Assembly (NCBI GenBank): GCA_039831155.1
Contig: JBDONT010000043.1
Span: 240,606 to 304,605 of the forward strand
DNA from: Nautiliaceae bacterium
GTDB taxonomy: Bacteria > Campylobacterota > Campylobacteria > Campylobacterales > Nautiliaceae
Direction of reading: 5' to 3'
Length of the DNA stretch: 64,000 nucleotides
Shown here: in pieces, positions 9,443 through 19,258 of the stretch
Layout: every line of letters starts with the position of its first letter
How positions within the stretch are numbered: position 1 is the first letter of the stretch
Position numbers and translations under genes: made by a program
The notes under the pieces: generated by a model
Told to the model about the DNA's origin: nothing
What the model saw: the letters and a program-made list of their open reading frames with translations, nothing else
The model's database searches: none

Positions 9443-11292
9443 TTATCCTTTTTTATTAAATCTGATATAAGAAACAACACCGTTTTGGGTGTTTTTTATA
9501 TCAAGTGAGGCATTAAAATATTTCTCAATAATGATTTTTGACATATAAAGACCTATACCCGTACCTTCTCCTTCATCTTTTGTCGTAAAGTAAGGCTCAA
9601 AAACTTTATCCAAAATCTCCTCTTTTATACCACCCCCGTTATCTTCAACGGCTATCTCTTTTGAATCGGAATCGATATAAATTTTTATTTTTCCTTCTTC
9701 TTTTCTTTCGATTATGGCATCTTTAGAGTTACTCAAAAGATTAAGTATCACTTGTTGAAATTGATTTTTGTTTCCATAAACTTCAAAATCATCCCCTATT
9801 ATCTCTATTTCTATGTTATGGGCTTTAAATTGAGCGTTAATTAATCTTAATGTAAACTCAATAGCTTCCCTTACACTAAAAAGCTTTTTTTACTGTTATC
9901 TTTAAAAAAGTTTCTAAAATCATCTATCGTATTACTCATAAAAAATATAGTCTGCATATTTTTTGCAACAAACGAATCAATAACCTCCTCTTTACAGCCG
10001 TTTTCTTCTATTAATTCCGGTAAAGACTGAATATTAATAGCCAAAGAGTTCAAAGGCTGTCTCCATTGATGAGCAATTGCCCCTATCATCTCCCCCATTG
10101 CGGCAAGCTTTGCCTGGTTTGCAAGAATTTTATCTTTTTGGGTAATCTCTTCTACCGTTTTTTTAACTTTTAGTTCAAGAGAATCGTTTATTTTTTTTAT
10201 CTCTTCATTATATTTGCTAAGCATTCTGTTTCTAATAGCAAGTAAAATCAAAACCATAACAACAAAAACCACAACCACCAAAAACATAACAATCCACTTT
10301 TTATAAACTTCAAAAAAAGAAGTCGGTTTATTTATATATATAGCGTTTTTATAACCAAGTTCATAAGCGTTTATTCCGAATTTTTGAAGATTTTTTACGT
10401 TTAAATACATTTTATTCGCTTTTTCGAACGTAAAAGGAATATCTTTTATATCTTTTCCGTTTAAAAATTCCTTTACTTTTTTAGCAACCTCCACACCTTG
10501 AGAAAAGCCGTCAGTCACTTTTCCACCCATAATATTGGTATTTAGAATATCTACTAACATATCGCAGTGGACTATCATAGGATTATTGTACTCTTTGGAT
10601 AAAAGCTGGGCTACTTTTATATAACTTATATGTTTATCTTTATATCTAAAGCTAAAAGGGGTCAAAAAAAACATTACCGAATTTTTATCGCTTTTTCTTA
10701 AAGCACTTAAAATATCGGATAAATTTGAATCGTTCAAATAAACAAAATTTATGTTTTTTACGTGGGAAAGTGATTTTTTATATAAATTTAAAACCCCTTT
10801 TGCAGAGGTGGAATTATCCAGCACCAAATAAACCATTTTTAAATTTCTTTTAATCTTTTTTGCAAAACGAAGGTTTGCTAAAGGTTCTTTTTTTTCAAAA
10901 ACACCGGTATATTCGTTTTTATCCAAAACATCGGCCAAAGAAAGATTATTCACACCACAAAAAAAGACTTTTGCATTTTTAAAAAGAGGAGTGCTTTTAT
11001 AACGTCTTATAAAATTTAAGGCATTATCATCGGTTGTAATAATAATATCTATTTTCATATTGCCGTATTTTGAATACAGATAATCAACAAAAGCACTTAT
11101 TCTAGCCGGAGTTGGTCTAAAAACTTTCGTATTCATAAATTCAACGTAAATTTTATTGCTGTTTTTTAAAGTTTTTAAAATTCCCTCCAATTCTTTTTTA
11201 GTCCAGCCCATTGTTATTGAATATGAGTTGATAATCAATATATTTTTTGCAAAAGCACTTACAAACAAAAGTATAAAAGCTATATATCTCAT
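9443..11292 (-). pseudogene. Sensor histidine kinase with periplasmic ABC-binding-like domain, frameshifted at an A7 tract (9885-9891)
   Basis: H-box AIAHQWRQPL in 9871-11292; N/G boxes (NLLSNSKDA, DNGGG, GTGIGL) in the -1 frame; adding one A gives a 616-aa ORF. Confidence 0.85.
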
Positions 11293-11407
11293 AGCATTCC
11301 TTCAAAGCTTTTGATTATTTTACAATAATTTGCTTTTTTTTCCAAAACCGTGTATACTTTCAGTTCAATTCAAAGAAATTTGAAAATTTACCAATCAGGA
11401 GGCTAAG

Positions 11408-11683
11408 ATGGCTTTAGATTCGGCGAAAAAAAGAGAAATTATCGCTAAATTCGGGAATGACGAAAAAGATACTGGAAGTCCAGCTGTGCAAATCGCACTT
11501 TTAACTGAAAGAATCAACGAAATCAACGAACATCTTAAAACACACAAACACGACCATTCAAGCAGACTAGGTTTACTTAAATTAGTTGGACAAAGAAAAA
11601 GACTTATGAGATATTTAAAAAGAAAAGACCACGATAAATATCTTGAAGTTATCGCAGCTCTTAACTTAAGAGATAGAGTTTAA
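11408..11683 (+). CDS. rpsO: 30S ribosomal protein uS15
   Basis: [40 protein letters not shown]. Confidence 0.98.
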   Translation: MALDSAKKREIIAKFGNDEKDTGSPAVQIALLTERINEINEHLKTHKHDHSSRLGLLKLVGQRKRLMRYLKRKDHDKYLEVIAALNLRDRV

Positions 11684-11695
11684 TCTCTTCTCTTA
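11667..11695. terminator. Hairpin between convergent rpsO and downstream gene
   Basis: TAAGAGA-TAGAG...CTCT-TCTCTTA imperfect inverted repeat spanning both stop codons. Confidence 0.45.
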
Positions 11696-12115
11696 TTTAT
11701 TTAAAGCATCTTTTTCCAGCTCATCCAAAATCTTTGTAAATTCTATATTTTTAGGCAGAATACTTCCGTGAAAATAATCAAAAAGTTTTTTATTTCTGTT
11801 TTTATGGGTAAGTACCTTTTTAAAAAACTCCAAAGAAACCTTTTGATTACTTTTAACATCAAACTTTTGATTATAAAGCATTAAAGCACTAAGCAAATCG
11901 TTTGCGTTTGATTTAGGATTGGAAGCTATATCTAATAAATCCTGCAACGTTATCTCTTTTTTGGTCTCTTTTTTGGAAGACGAAAACTTTCTTTTAAGCC
12001 AAAAAATCAACATCACACAAAAAAGAGTAAACACAAAAAGATAAATCAAAAAAGCAAAAGGAGTATTTGGAGTAATATCCAAAATCCTTTCGCTTATAAA
12101 AGAGAAAAACTTCAA
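11693..12115 (-). CDS. Hypothetical single-pass membrane protein
   Basis: 140-aa ORF with one hydrophobic helix followed by a basic stretch; abuts the hisD stop. Confidence 0.7.
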   Translation of the reverse strand: MKFFSFISERILDITPNTPFAFLIYLFVFTLFCVMLIFWLKRKFSSSKKETKKEITLQDLLDIASNPKSNANDLLSALMLYNQKFDVKSNQKVSLEFFKKVLTHKNRNKKLFDYFHGSILPKNIEFTKILDELEKDALNK

Positions 12116-13405
12116 TTACTTAAGTCTCTCAAGAACCGATTTTTCGTGAGCCGTAAGCCCTTCCGTATGGGCTAAAATCGCACACTCTTTACCCATTTGT
12201 AAAATAGCTTCTTTTGAAAACGAAATAATAGAAGATTTTTTCATAAAAACCTCAACACTAAGAGGGGAATAAAATTTAGCCGTACCACCCGTTGGGAGCG
12301 TATGATTCGGTCCTGCTATATAATCCCCTATAGGTTCCGGGGTATTTTCTCCAAGGAAAATAGCCCCTGCGTTTTTTATTTTCGGTAAAAGCTCAAAAGG
12401 ATTTGAAGTTACTATCTCCAAATGCTCCGGTGCTATCTGATTCATAAGATTAACAGCCTCTTGAATATCCTTTGATACGATAATAGCACCTCTATCTTCT
12501 ATAGATTTTTGAGCTATCTCTTTTCTCTCAAGCTCGTTTAAAAATCTATAAACCTCATCTTTTACCCTGCTAGCCAAATCCTCGTCATCGGTAATTAAAA
12601 TGGAACTCGCCATCTCATCGTGTTCGGCTTGAGAGAGTAAATCGATTGCAAGATAGTTGGCTTTCGCACTTTTATCGGCAATAATACCGATTTCACTAGG
12701 ACCTGCTATCATATCTATATTTACTTCTCCGTATACAAGTTTTTTGGCAGTTGCCACGAATATATTCCCAGGACCCGTAATTACGCCGACTTTAGGTATT
12801 GTTTGAGTCCCATACGCCATAGCGGCAACAGCACTGGCTCCCCCTACTTTAAAAGTCCTAGGACATCCACAAATATATAAAGCCCCCAGTAAAAGCTCAT
12901 TAGGTCTGTTTTCAATAACCGGAGTGGTTACTACAATATCTTTAACCCCTGCCACAATAGCCGGAATTACGTTCATTAAAAGAGAACTCGGATAAAACGC
13001 CTTACCTCCCGGTACATACACCCCGGCTTTTTCAACCGATGTTACTTTCTGTCCTAAAATAGTTCCGTTTTCTTCAAAGTCAAGCCAAGATTTAGGAAGC
13101 TGCTTTTCGTGATACGCTTTTATTCTATCAAACGCCAAATGAAGTGCTTTTTTTAACTCTTCGTCTAAATTTTCATAAGCTTTTTTCATTTCATCTTTGG
13201 AGATTTCCAAATCCTCATCCGTTTTCGGCTCCCACTTGTCAAATTTGGCTATATGTCTAAAAAGTGCTTTATTTCCTTCACTTCTTACTTCATTAATAAT
13301 ACCTTTCACAATCCCCTCAACATTTTCAATATCCATTTTACCACGGGCTAAAATTTCGTTAAACTCTTTTTCAAATTTAAAAGAAGTGGTTTTGATTATT
13401 TTCAT
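12116..13405 (-). CDS. hisD: Histidinol dehydrogenase
   Basis: [38 protein letters not shown]; start at ATG 13405. Confidence 0.97.
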   Translation of the reverse strand: MKIIKTTSFKFEKEFNEILARGKMDIENVEGIVKGIINEVRSEGNKALFRHIAKFDKWEPKTDEDLEISKDEMKKAYENLDEELKKALHLAFDRIKAYHEKQLPKSWLDFEENGTILGQKVTSVEKAGVYVPGGKAFYPSSLLMNVIPAIVAGVKDIVVTTPVIENRPNELLLGALYICGCPRTFKVGGASAVAAMAYGTQTIPKVGVITGPGNIFVATAKKLVYGEVNIDMIAGPSEIGIIADKSAKANYLAIDLLSQAEHDEMASSILITDDEDLASRVKDEVYRFLNELERKEIAQKSIEDRGAIIVSKDIQEAVNLMNQIAPEHLEIVTSNPFELLPKIKNAGAIFLGENTPEPIGDYIAGPNHTLPTGGTAKFYSPLSVEVFMKKSSIISFSKEAILQMGKECAILAHTEGLTAHEKSVLERLK

Positions 13406-13476
13406 AACTTCCCTTTTTTTAAGAAATTGTATCAAAATTAACCCATAAATGTTAAAATTCCGAAAAAAGGAGAGTA

Positions 13477-14196
13477 ATGCAGTTTAATTTAATAACCTTT
13501 AGTTTTATTTTAGTTTTAATTCCGTTAATTATTTCATACAAACACAAAATAGGAATAGAAAAAGAGCTTTTTTTTAATTCGATAAGGGCGTTTTTACAAT
13601 TAACCGTTTTAGGGTTTGTACTGGGGTTTGTTTTTAAAATAAAAAACCCTCTTTTTTATATTCCCATAATTTTTCTAATGCTTCTCTACTCTTCGTATAT
13701 AGCCCAAAAAAGAACTAATTTTTATTTTAAAGCAGCTTTTTACTCTTTAAGTTTAAGTACTACGATTATTCTTTTAATTTTAATAGTTTTTAAAATTATT
13801 TCTCTAAAACCTCATGAATTTATACCTATTGCAGGAATGATTATAGGAAATTCGCTAAATACCTACACCCTTACGATTGAGAGAATAAAAAGAGAACTCG
13901 AACTTCAAAAAGAACTGATAGAAGCCTTTATAGCAATAGGTGCCAATATAAAAGAAGCGTTTAAAATTATGCAACGTCAAGCTATAAAAGCCGCTTTAAT
14001 TCCCGTTAACAATATGCTCCAGACAATAGGTGTAGTGGCGATCCCGGGAATTACTACGGGTATGCTTTTAGCCGGTGCCTCTCCTTTAAAAGCAGTAAGT
14101 TATCAGATAGTTATTATTTATATGCTGGTAAGTATTAATCTATTTAGTGCGTTATTTGGGAGTTTCTTTTTTATAAAAAACAAATATTCAGATTAA
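13477..14196 (+). CDS. fetB: UPF0014/FetB (YbbM)-family ABC transporter permease
   Basis: RAFLQL, IPIAGMIIGNS, GVVAIPGITTGMLLAGASP..AVSYQ. Confidence 0.8.
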   Translation: MQFNLITFSFILVLIPLIISYKHKIGIEKELFFNSIRAFLQLTVLGFVLGFVFKIKNPLFYIPIIFLMLLYSSYIAQKRTNFYFKAAFYSLSLSTTIILLILIVFKIISLKPHEFIPIAGMIIGNSLNTYTLTIERIKRELELQKELIEAFIAIGANIKEAFKIMQRQAIKAALIPVNNMLQTIGVVAIPGITTGMLLAGASPLKAVSYQIVIIYMLVSINLFSALFGSFFFIKNKYSD

Positions 14197-14212
14197 GGAG
14201 AAAGTCTCCTTA
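14194..14212. terminator. Bidirectional hairpin between convergent fetB and gpmA
   Basis: Perfect inverted repeat TAAGGAGA-AAG-TCTCCTTA that includes both stop codons. Confidence 0.6.
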
Positions 14213-14899
14213 GTCTATATTGTATACGTTTTTGATATGAAGAGCTTCGTCAAACTCATATACTCTAGGAACTCCTGTAGCTATTTCAAATTTCGGAATA
14301 TCTTCGTCACTAATTCCGTCAAGTTCTTTTACCATACCTCTAATAGTATTTCCGTGAGCTGTAATAAGTACGTCTTTTCCTTCTACAAGTAAAGGTGCCA
14401 CTCTTTCGTGAAACGCAGCCATCGCTCTTATTTGATTATCTTTTAAACTTTCGGTACTTGGTAGTAAATCTTGAGGGAAGTTTTTATAATGAGGGTCGAA
14501 TCTCGGATGTCTTTTATCGTCAAGACTCAAAGGTGGAGGTGGTACGTCATAACTTCTTCTATAAAGTAAAAACTTCTCTTCTCCAACTTCCGCTTTTACT
14601 TCGTCTTTATTAAGCCCGGTTAAAGCCCCGTAATGTCTTTCGTTAAATCTCCAGTCTTTTAAATGGTCGATATAAAGCAAATCAAGTTCTTCTAAAATTA
14701 TAATTCCCGTTTTAATCGCTCTTTTAAGATATGAAGAAAAACATATATCAAAACTAAATCCGGCTTCTTTTAATTTTTGCCCGGCTTTTTTCGCTTCTTC
14801 AACTCCTTCCGGTGCCAAATCAACATCCACCCATCCTGTGAATCTATTTTGTTTGTTCCATTCGCTTTTTCCGTGTCTAACAAGTACAAGTTTTGCCAT
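14210..14899 (-). CDS. gpmA: 2,3-bisphosphoglycerate-dependent phosphoglycerate mutase
   Basis: LVRHGKSEWN..NRFTGWVD, ERHYGALTGLNK, AHGNTIR. Confidence 0.95.
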   Translation of the reverse strand: MAKLVLVRHGKSEWNKQNRFTGWVDVDLAPEGVEEAKKAGQKLKEAGFSFDICFSSYLKRAIKTGIIILEELDLLYIDHLKDWRFNERHYGALTGLNKDEVKAEVGEEKFLLYRRSYDVPPPPLSLDDKRHPRFDPHYKNFPQDLLPSTESLKDNQIRAMAAFHERVAPLLVEGKDVLITAHGNTIRGMVKELDGISDEDIPKFEIATGVPRVYEFDEALHIKNVYNID

Positions 14900-14916
14900 T
14901 TAATCTCCTTTTTAAT

Positions 14917-15408
14917 TTAATAGTGAAATTTTAACAAAATTTTAATTCCTGCTCTATTTTTCCATTCTGCAAGTTTTACTAAAGCCAAATTCACATCATA
15001 CTCTTTACTTATCATAGGGAAAATAACCTCCCCTTTTATCGCAATAAAAAACATATCGCTAAACTCTTTTTTATCTTTTCTTTGGAGAATTAAATAAGTA
15101 AGAGAATTATCTAAAATTCTGGGAACAGATTTATCTATACAAACGCCTATCTGTTCTCTCATAAACGTATTTAAAGCCTTCATATAATTTAAAACCACAT
15201 CCTCCCAGCTAAGCTCCTCTTTTAAAGAGTTAAATATCCTAACTTCGGTTAGTTTAAGTCTGTTTTTATCTTCCACCCAAACCCCTACGTCATAAACCGG
15301 CAATTTTTCTTTAAACTTTTCAAAATCCTCCTCTACATCAGCTAAATAAAAAGGGTAATTTGATAAAATTTTAATATTAATATCGTCTCTTAGATATTTT
15401 TCGTACAT
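14917..15408 (-). CDS. Hypothetical protein
   Basis: 163-aa ORF with SD AAGGA; no recognised motif. Confidence 0.7.
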   Translation of the reverse strand: MYEKYLRDDINIKILSNYPFYLADVEEDFEKFKEKLPVYDVGVWVEDKNRLKLTEVRIFNSLKEELSWEDVVLNYMKALNTFMREQIGVCIDKSVPRILDNSLTYLILQRKDKKEFSDMFFIAIKGEVIFPMISKEYDVNLALVKLAEWKNRAGIKILLKFHY

Positions 15409-15470
15409 AATTTATCCTTTGAGGTAATTTATAAAGTTATAACGGAATTTTAATAAATTGAAGGAGCAAA

Positions 15471-16232
15471 ATGAAAATTTTAATAACAAACGACGACTCT
15501 TTTGAGGCTAAAGGGCTTGAAATTTTATATGAATCCGTAAAAGACTTAGGAGAAGTAACTGTAGTAGCCCCTGCATTTCCCAAAAGTGCCTGTTCGCACT
15601 CTCTTACCCTCACAAAGCCCCTAAGATTTGTAAAAATAAAAGAAAATTTCTATAAACTTGACGACGGAACCCCGACAGACTGTGTTTATTTGTCGTTTGA
15701 AGAGTTTTTTAAAGGAGAAAAACCCGATTTGGTATTAAGTGGAATTAACCACGGAGCAAATTTAGGAGAAGACGTCACATATTCCGGTACCGCCGGTGGT
15801 GCTATGGAAGGGGCTCTTCACGGAATTCCTTCAATCGCCTTTTCTCAAGTTTTAAAAAGCTACGACACCCCACCGACCGAAGTTAACTGGGAAAACGCAA
15901 AAAAAGCAGTCAGAGAAATTACAAAAAAAGTAATAGAAAATAAAATCACAATACCTCATCGCCATATCCTAAACGTAAATATTCCGAACACTAAAGAGAT
16001 AAAAGGCTTTAAAGCCACAAAACTTGCCTACAGACTCTACGGAAACGACGCCCATAAACACACAAACCCAAGAGGGGAAGAATACTACTGGATAGGACTT
16101 CATCCACTCGCTTTTAAAGAAGAAAAAGGAAGCGACTTTGAGGCTATCAAGCAAGGTTACGTATCCATAACCCCTATAAAACTGGATATGACCGGATATG
16201 AAGCACTTGAAAAATTAAAAGAAGAGATATGA
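15471..16232 (+). CDS. surE: 5'/3'-nucleotidase SurE
   Basis: ILITNDD, GTPTDCV, SGINHGANLG, YSGT. Confidence 0.96.
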   Translation: MKILITNDDSFEAKGLEILYESVKDLGEVTVVAPAFPKSACSHSLTLTKPLRFVKIKENFYKLDDGTPTDCVYLSFEEFFKGEKPDLVLSGINHGANLGEDVTYSGTAGGAMEGALHGIPSIAFSQVLKSYDTPPTEVNWENAKKAVREITKKVIENKITIPHRHILNVNIPNTKEIKGFKATKLAYRLYGNDAHKHTNPRGEEYYWIGLHPLAFKEEKGSDFEAIKQGYVSITPIKLDMTGYEALEKLKEEI

Positions 16233-17434
16233 AAAATTTTTTCAAACAAATAAACTTAATACCTATAGAAAACACCTCGACATTTAAAAACGTACATTTA
16301 GCCCAAGTTTTTCTTTTAAAAATTAACCTTTTATCTTTTGGAAAAGGCTTTAGCAAAAAAGAGGCTTTAACTTCTGCTTACGGGGAGATGTGTGAGAGGA
16401 TTTTAACAAGAAATTTTTTGGAAGAGTATTATATCCCCACACTTCATAAAGACGCCATAATAACAGAAAGGTTTTTAACTCAAAAACTTTATGATATTTA
16501 CAAAATAGAAGAGCTTGAAAAAGAGGATTTAATAGATTTTAACACCGATATATTCGAAATACTCTCTATCCCCTTCACAAACCCAAAAATCGGAGAAATT
16601 GTCTATTTTCCTATAAATTTGATCCAAAACCTATACGCAAGTAACGGAATGGCTTTTCATACGGATTTAAAAAAAGCCTACTATAACGCAAAAACAGAAG
16701 TAATAGAAAGATTTGTAAAATATGAAGTCGTAAAATACGGACTTTCTCTTCCTAAAATCGACCACCCTTTTAATAATAACCAAATACAGATATACGACGC
16801 CACACTAGGAGGTAAATATCCGGTAATAGCCGCTTTATACAAAAATAAAGACAAAATTATTTTATCTTTCGGATGTGATTTGGATTTTGAAACGGCTGTT
16901 AAAAAAGCGTATCTTGAACTTATGCAAACCTCCTTAAAAAACAGCGGGAAAATTTGCGAAGATATAGAAAGCGTAAAAGACTCGGCAAATCTTATCAGAC
17001 ACTTTATAGATTTAAGTGGAGATATCCATAGTAACTTTTTTAAAAAGCCCTACTTTAAAACATCAAAATGGAACTTTAAAGATTTAAACGTGTTTAAAGA
17101 AGATGAATTCATAAGAATTTACAAATATAAAAATTACCAAGCCGTCCATTTGATAATTCCTTCAATCAGTGAAGTTTATCCCATTGAAGATTTAGCATAC
17201 AACAACATCAACAAAGGCAAATTCATAAGAGCCGATATCCTAAACAGAACCAACAAAGAGTACATTTTGGATTACTTAAACCAACATATGGTTATAGACA
17301 TAGGAGCCTTTATAGGAGTAAAATTCGATAAACACTACTTTCCTCAAGATATAGACGAACTTTATGAGGGTTATAAATTTGCAGATTCATATCTTCAGAT
17401 ACAAAAATTAGCAAAGGTTTTAAATGAGATTTGA
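16229..17434 (+). CDS. YcaO-family protein (E. coli YcaO-like, compact)
   Basis: GKG....A..SAYGE..ER, SNGMA....EVIER, DATLGGKYPV, SFG......AV..AY.EL.Q, SEVYPIEDL. Confidence 0.85.
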   Translation: MKNFFKQINLIPIENTSTFKNVHLAQVFLLKINLLSFGKGFSKKEALTSAYGEMCERILTRNFLEEYYIPTLHKDAIITERFLTQKLYDIYKIEELEKEDLIDFNTDIFEILSIPFTNPKIGEIVYFPINLIQNLYASNGMAFHTDLKKAYYNAKTEVIERFVKYEVVKYGLSLPKIDHPFNNNQIQIYDATLGGKYPVIAALYKNKDKIILSFGCDLDFETAVKKAYLELMQTSLKNSGKICEDIESVKDSANLIRHFIDLSGDIHSNFFKKPYFKTSKWNFKDLNVFKEDEFIRIYKYKNYQAVHLIIPSISEVYPIEDLAYNNINKGKFIRADILNRTNKEYILDYLNQHMVIDIGAFIGVKFDKHYFPQDIDELYEGYKFADSYLQIQKLAKVLNEI

Positions 17435-18050
17435 CAGATGTAAAAAACTTTTTTCTAAATTCGAACATCTCCAAAACTTAAAAATACTCATATGTGGAGT
17501 CGGGGGAGTCGGGGGATATGCTCTTGATTGTCTATACAGAAGTGGAGTAAAAAATATAACCATTATAGATTTTGATACGTTTGACAAAACAAACCAAAAC
17601 CGTCAAATAGGAAGTGAATTCGTAGGAGAAAAAAAAGTTGAGGTATTGACAAAACTATACCCCCCAATAACTCCCATAGATATGAAATTATCCCCTCAAA
17701 ACATTGAGACTTTGGATTTAACCCCATATGACATAATAATAGACGCAATAGACGATTTAAACGCAAAAATAGCCCTTATAAAAAAAGCTCATCCCAAAAT
17801 AATCTCTTCAATGGGAGCTGCAAAAAGAATAGACCCTACCAAAATAAGAATAGAGAGTATTTGGAAAACTCAAAACGACCCCTTTGCCAAAAAAGTAAGA
17901 GACAGACTAAAAAAAGAGAATTTTAAAAAAGATTTTAAGGTGGTTTTTTCGCTAGAAAAGCCTATTAACTGCGATATGGGAAGTTTTGTAGGGGTAACGG
18001 GAGCTTTCGGATTTGCTTTATGCAGTGAAGTTTTAAAAGATTTCGTATAA
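17424..18050 (+). CDS. tcdA: ThiF/E1-like tRNA threonylcarbamoyladenosine dehydratase
   Basis: GVGGVGG, DFD....NQNRQ, DAID, SSMGAAKRIDP, DPFAKKVR, GSFVGVTGAFG. Confidence 0.8.
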   Translation: MRFDRCKKLFSKFEHLQNLKILICGVGGVGGYALDCLYRSGVKNITIIDFDTFDKTNQNRQIGSEFVGEKKVEVLTKLYPPITPIDMKLSPQNIETLDLTPYDIIIDAIDDLNAKIALIKKAHPKIISSMGAAKRIDPTKIRIESIWKTQNDPFAKKVRDRLKKENFKKDFKVVFSLEKPINCDMGSFVGVTGAFGFALCSEVLKDFV

Positions 18051-18077
18051 TGCAAATCCCAAAAAGGGATTAGCATT
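18049..18077. terminator. Hairpin between convergent tcdA and dctP-like gene
   Basis: AATGCAAATCCC-AAAAA-GGGATTAGCATT near-perfect inverted repeat. Confidence 0.6.
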
Positions 18078-19164
18078 TGTCGTATTTAAAGTCTGCGTCT
18101 CTTGTATCCAAGAACCATTTAGCCCCGACATCAGTCCATTTTCTTGTATCCGGGAAGAATTTTTGAATATTTTCATACACTTTAGCAAAATCTCTATTTT
18201 TATTAGCGTTTTCTTCAAGAATTTTTTTAATCGCTTTTTTAGCAGCTTCATTAACGTCTTTTGGAAATTCACAAAGTTTTACTCCGTATCTTCCATTCAT
18301 TATCTGTTTTAAAGCTACACCGTTTCTGTATTGGAATTCTGCAAGCATTCTTGCATTCATCTCATTTGCAGCAGTTTCAATAATTGCCTGATGTTCTTTA
18401 GAAAGTCTTTCAAATTTTCTTTTATTAAATGTAAGTTCAAGGTTTGTACCAGGTTCGTGCCAACCGGAATAATAATATTTCGCAACTTTATAAAATCCCA
18501 TCTTAATATCAAGAGCCGGTCCTACCCATTCAGTTGCGTCAATTACGCCTCTCTCAAGTGAAGTATAAAGCTCACCTGCCGGGATATTTACCGGTTTTAC
18601 TCCAAGGGCAGCCATTACTTCTCCACCAAGCCCCGGAATTCTCATTTTAAGACCTTTTAAGTCTTTTAAAGATTTAATAGGTTTTCTAAACCAACCACCC
18701 ATTTGATTACCGGTATTTCCACCTTTAAAAGGAATTAAGTTATATTTAGCGTAAAGCTCTCTCCAAACTTCCATTCCTCCACCAAAATCAAGCCAAGCCA
18801 TCATTTCATCCGCTATCATTCCGAAAGGATACGCCGTAAATAAACTAAATGCCGGATTTTTGCCTTTCCAGTAATATGGACCTGAATGAAACCCGTCTAT
18901 AAGTCCGTTACGACAAGCATCAAACACTTGAAGTGCCGGTACAAGTTCGTTTGCTCCGTATACTTTTATTTTTAAGCTTCCACCACTAAGTTCTTCTACT
19001 CTTTTTGCAAAATATAAAATCCCATCACCCATAATAGGTAAAGTTTTTGGCCAAGATAGTGCAATTTTTAGAGTTTTAGTTGTTTTAGCATACAAATTAG
19101 TAGTAAAGCCGCTTGCAACAACCGCACCGATTCCGGCAGTTTTTAAAAACTTTCTTCTATCCAT
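18070..19164 (-). CDS. TRAP transporter substrate-binding protein (DctP/TakP-like, Tat-exported)
   Basis: Tat signal MDRRKFL; GNTGNQMGGWF, LKGLKMRIPG, ERGVIDATEWVGP; start at ATG 19164. Confidence 0.9.
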   Translation of the reverse strand: MDRRKFLKTAGIGAVVASGFTTNLYAKTTKTLKIALSWPKTLPIMGDGILYFAKRVEELSGGSLKIKVYGANELVPALQVFDACRNGLIDGFHSGPYYWKGKNPAFSLFTAYPFGMIADEMMAWLDFGGGMEVWRELYAKYNLIPFKGGNTGNQMGGWFRKPIKSLKDLKGLKMRIPGLGGEVMAALGVKPVNIPAGELYTSLERGVIDATEWVGPALDIKMGFYKVAKYYYSGWHEPGTNLELTFNKRKFERLSKEHQAIIETAANEMNARMLAEFQYRNGVALKQIMNGRYGVKLCEFPKDVNEAAKKAIKKILEENANKNRDFAKVYENIQKFFPDTRKWTDVGAKWFLDTRDADFKYDKC

Positions 19165-19258
19165 TTTTTCTCCTTTTATCGAATTTTTACACGATAATAA
19201 TACCAAAGTTTTTAATTTTCAGTATAATATAATAAAAATTTTACAAAAAAGAGAGAAA

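Noticed and set aside
9885-9891. Programmed -1 ribosomal frameshift in the kinase
   Set aside because: Codon phase is AGT AAA AAA AGC, not A_AAA_AAG; slippage or error is more plausible
17496-17516. Short direct repeats (GGAGTCGGG x2 here; GGAGCTAGT x2 in ubiX; ATATTAATATTG x2 in the terminal ATPase)
   Set aside because: Explained by protein motifs (GVGGVGG, GASGAS) or low complexity; not CRISPR or mobile-element repeats
16229-18050. Classical YcaO/E1 RiPP (azole-peptide) cluster
   Set aside because: No precursor, dehydrogenase or transporter; the ThiF protein looks like housekeeping TcdA
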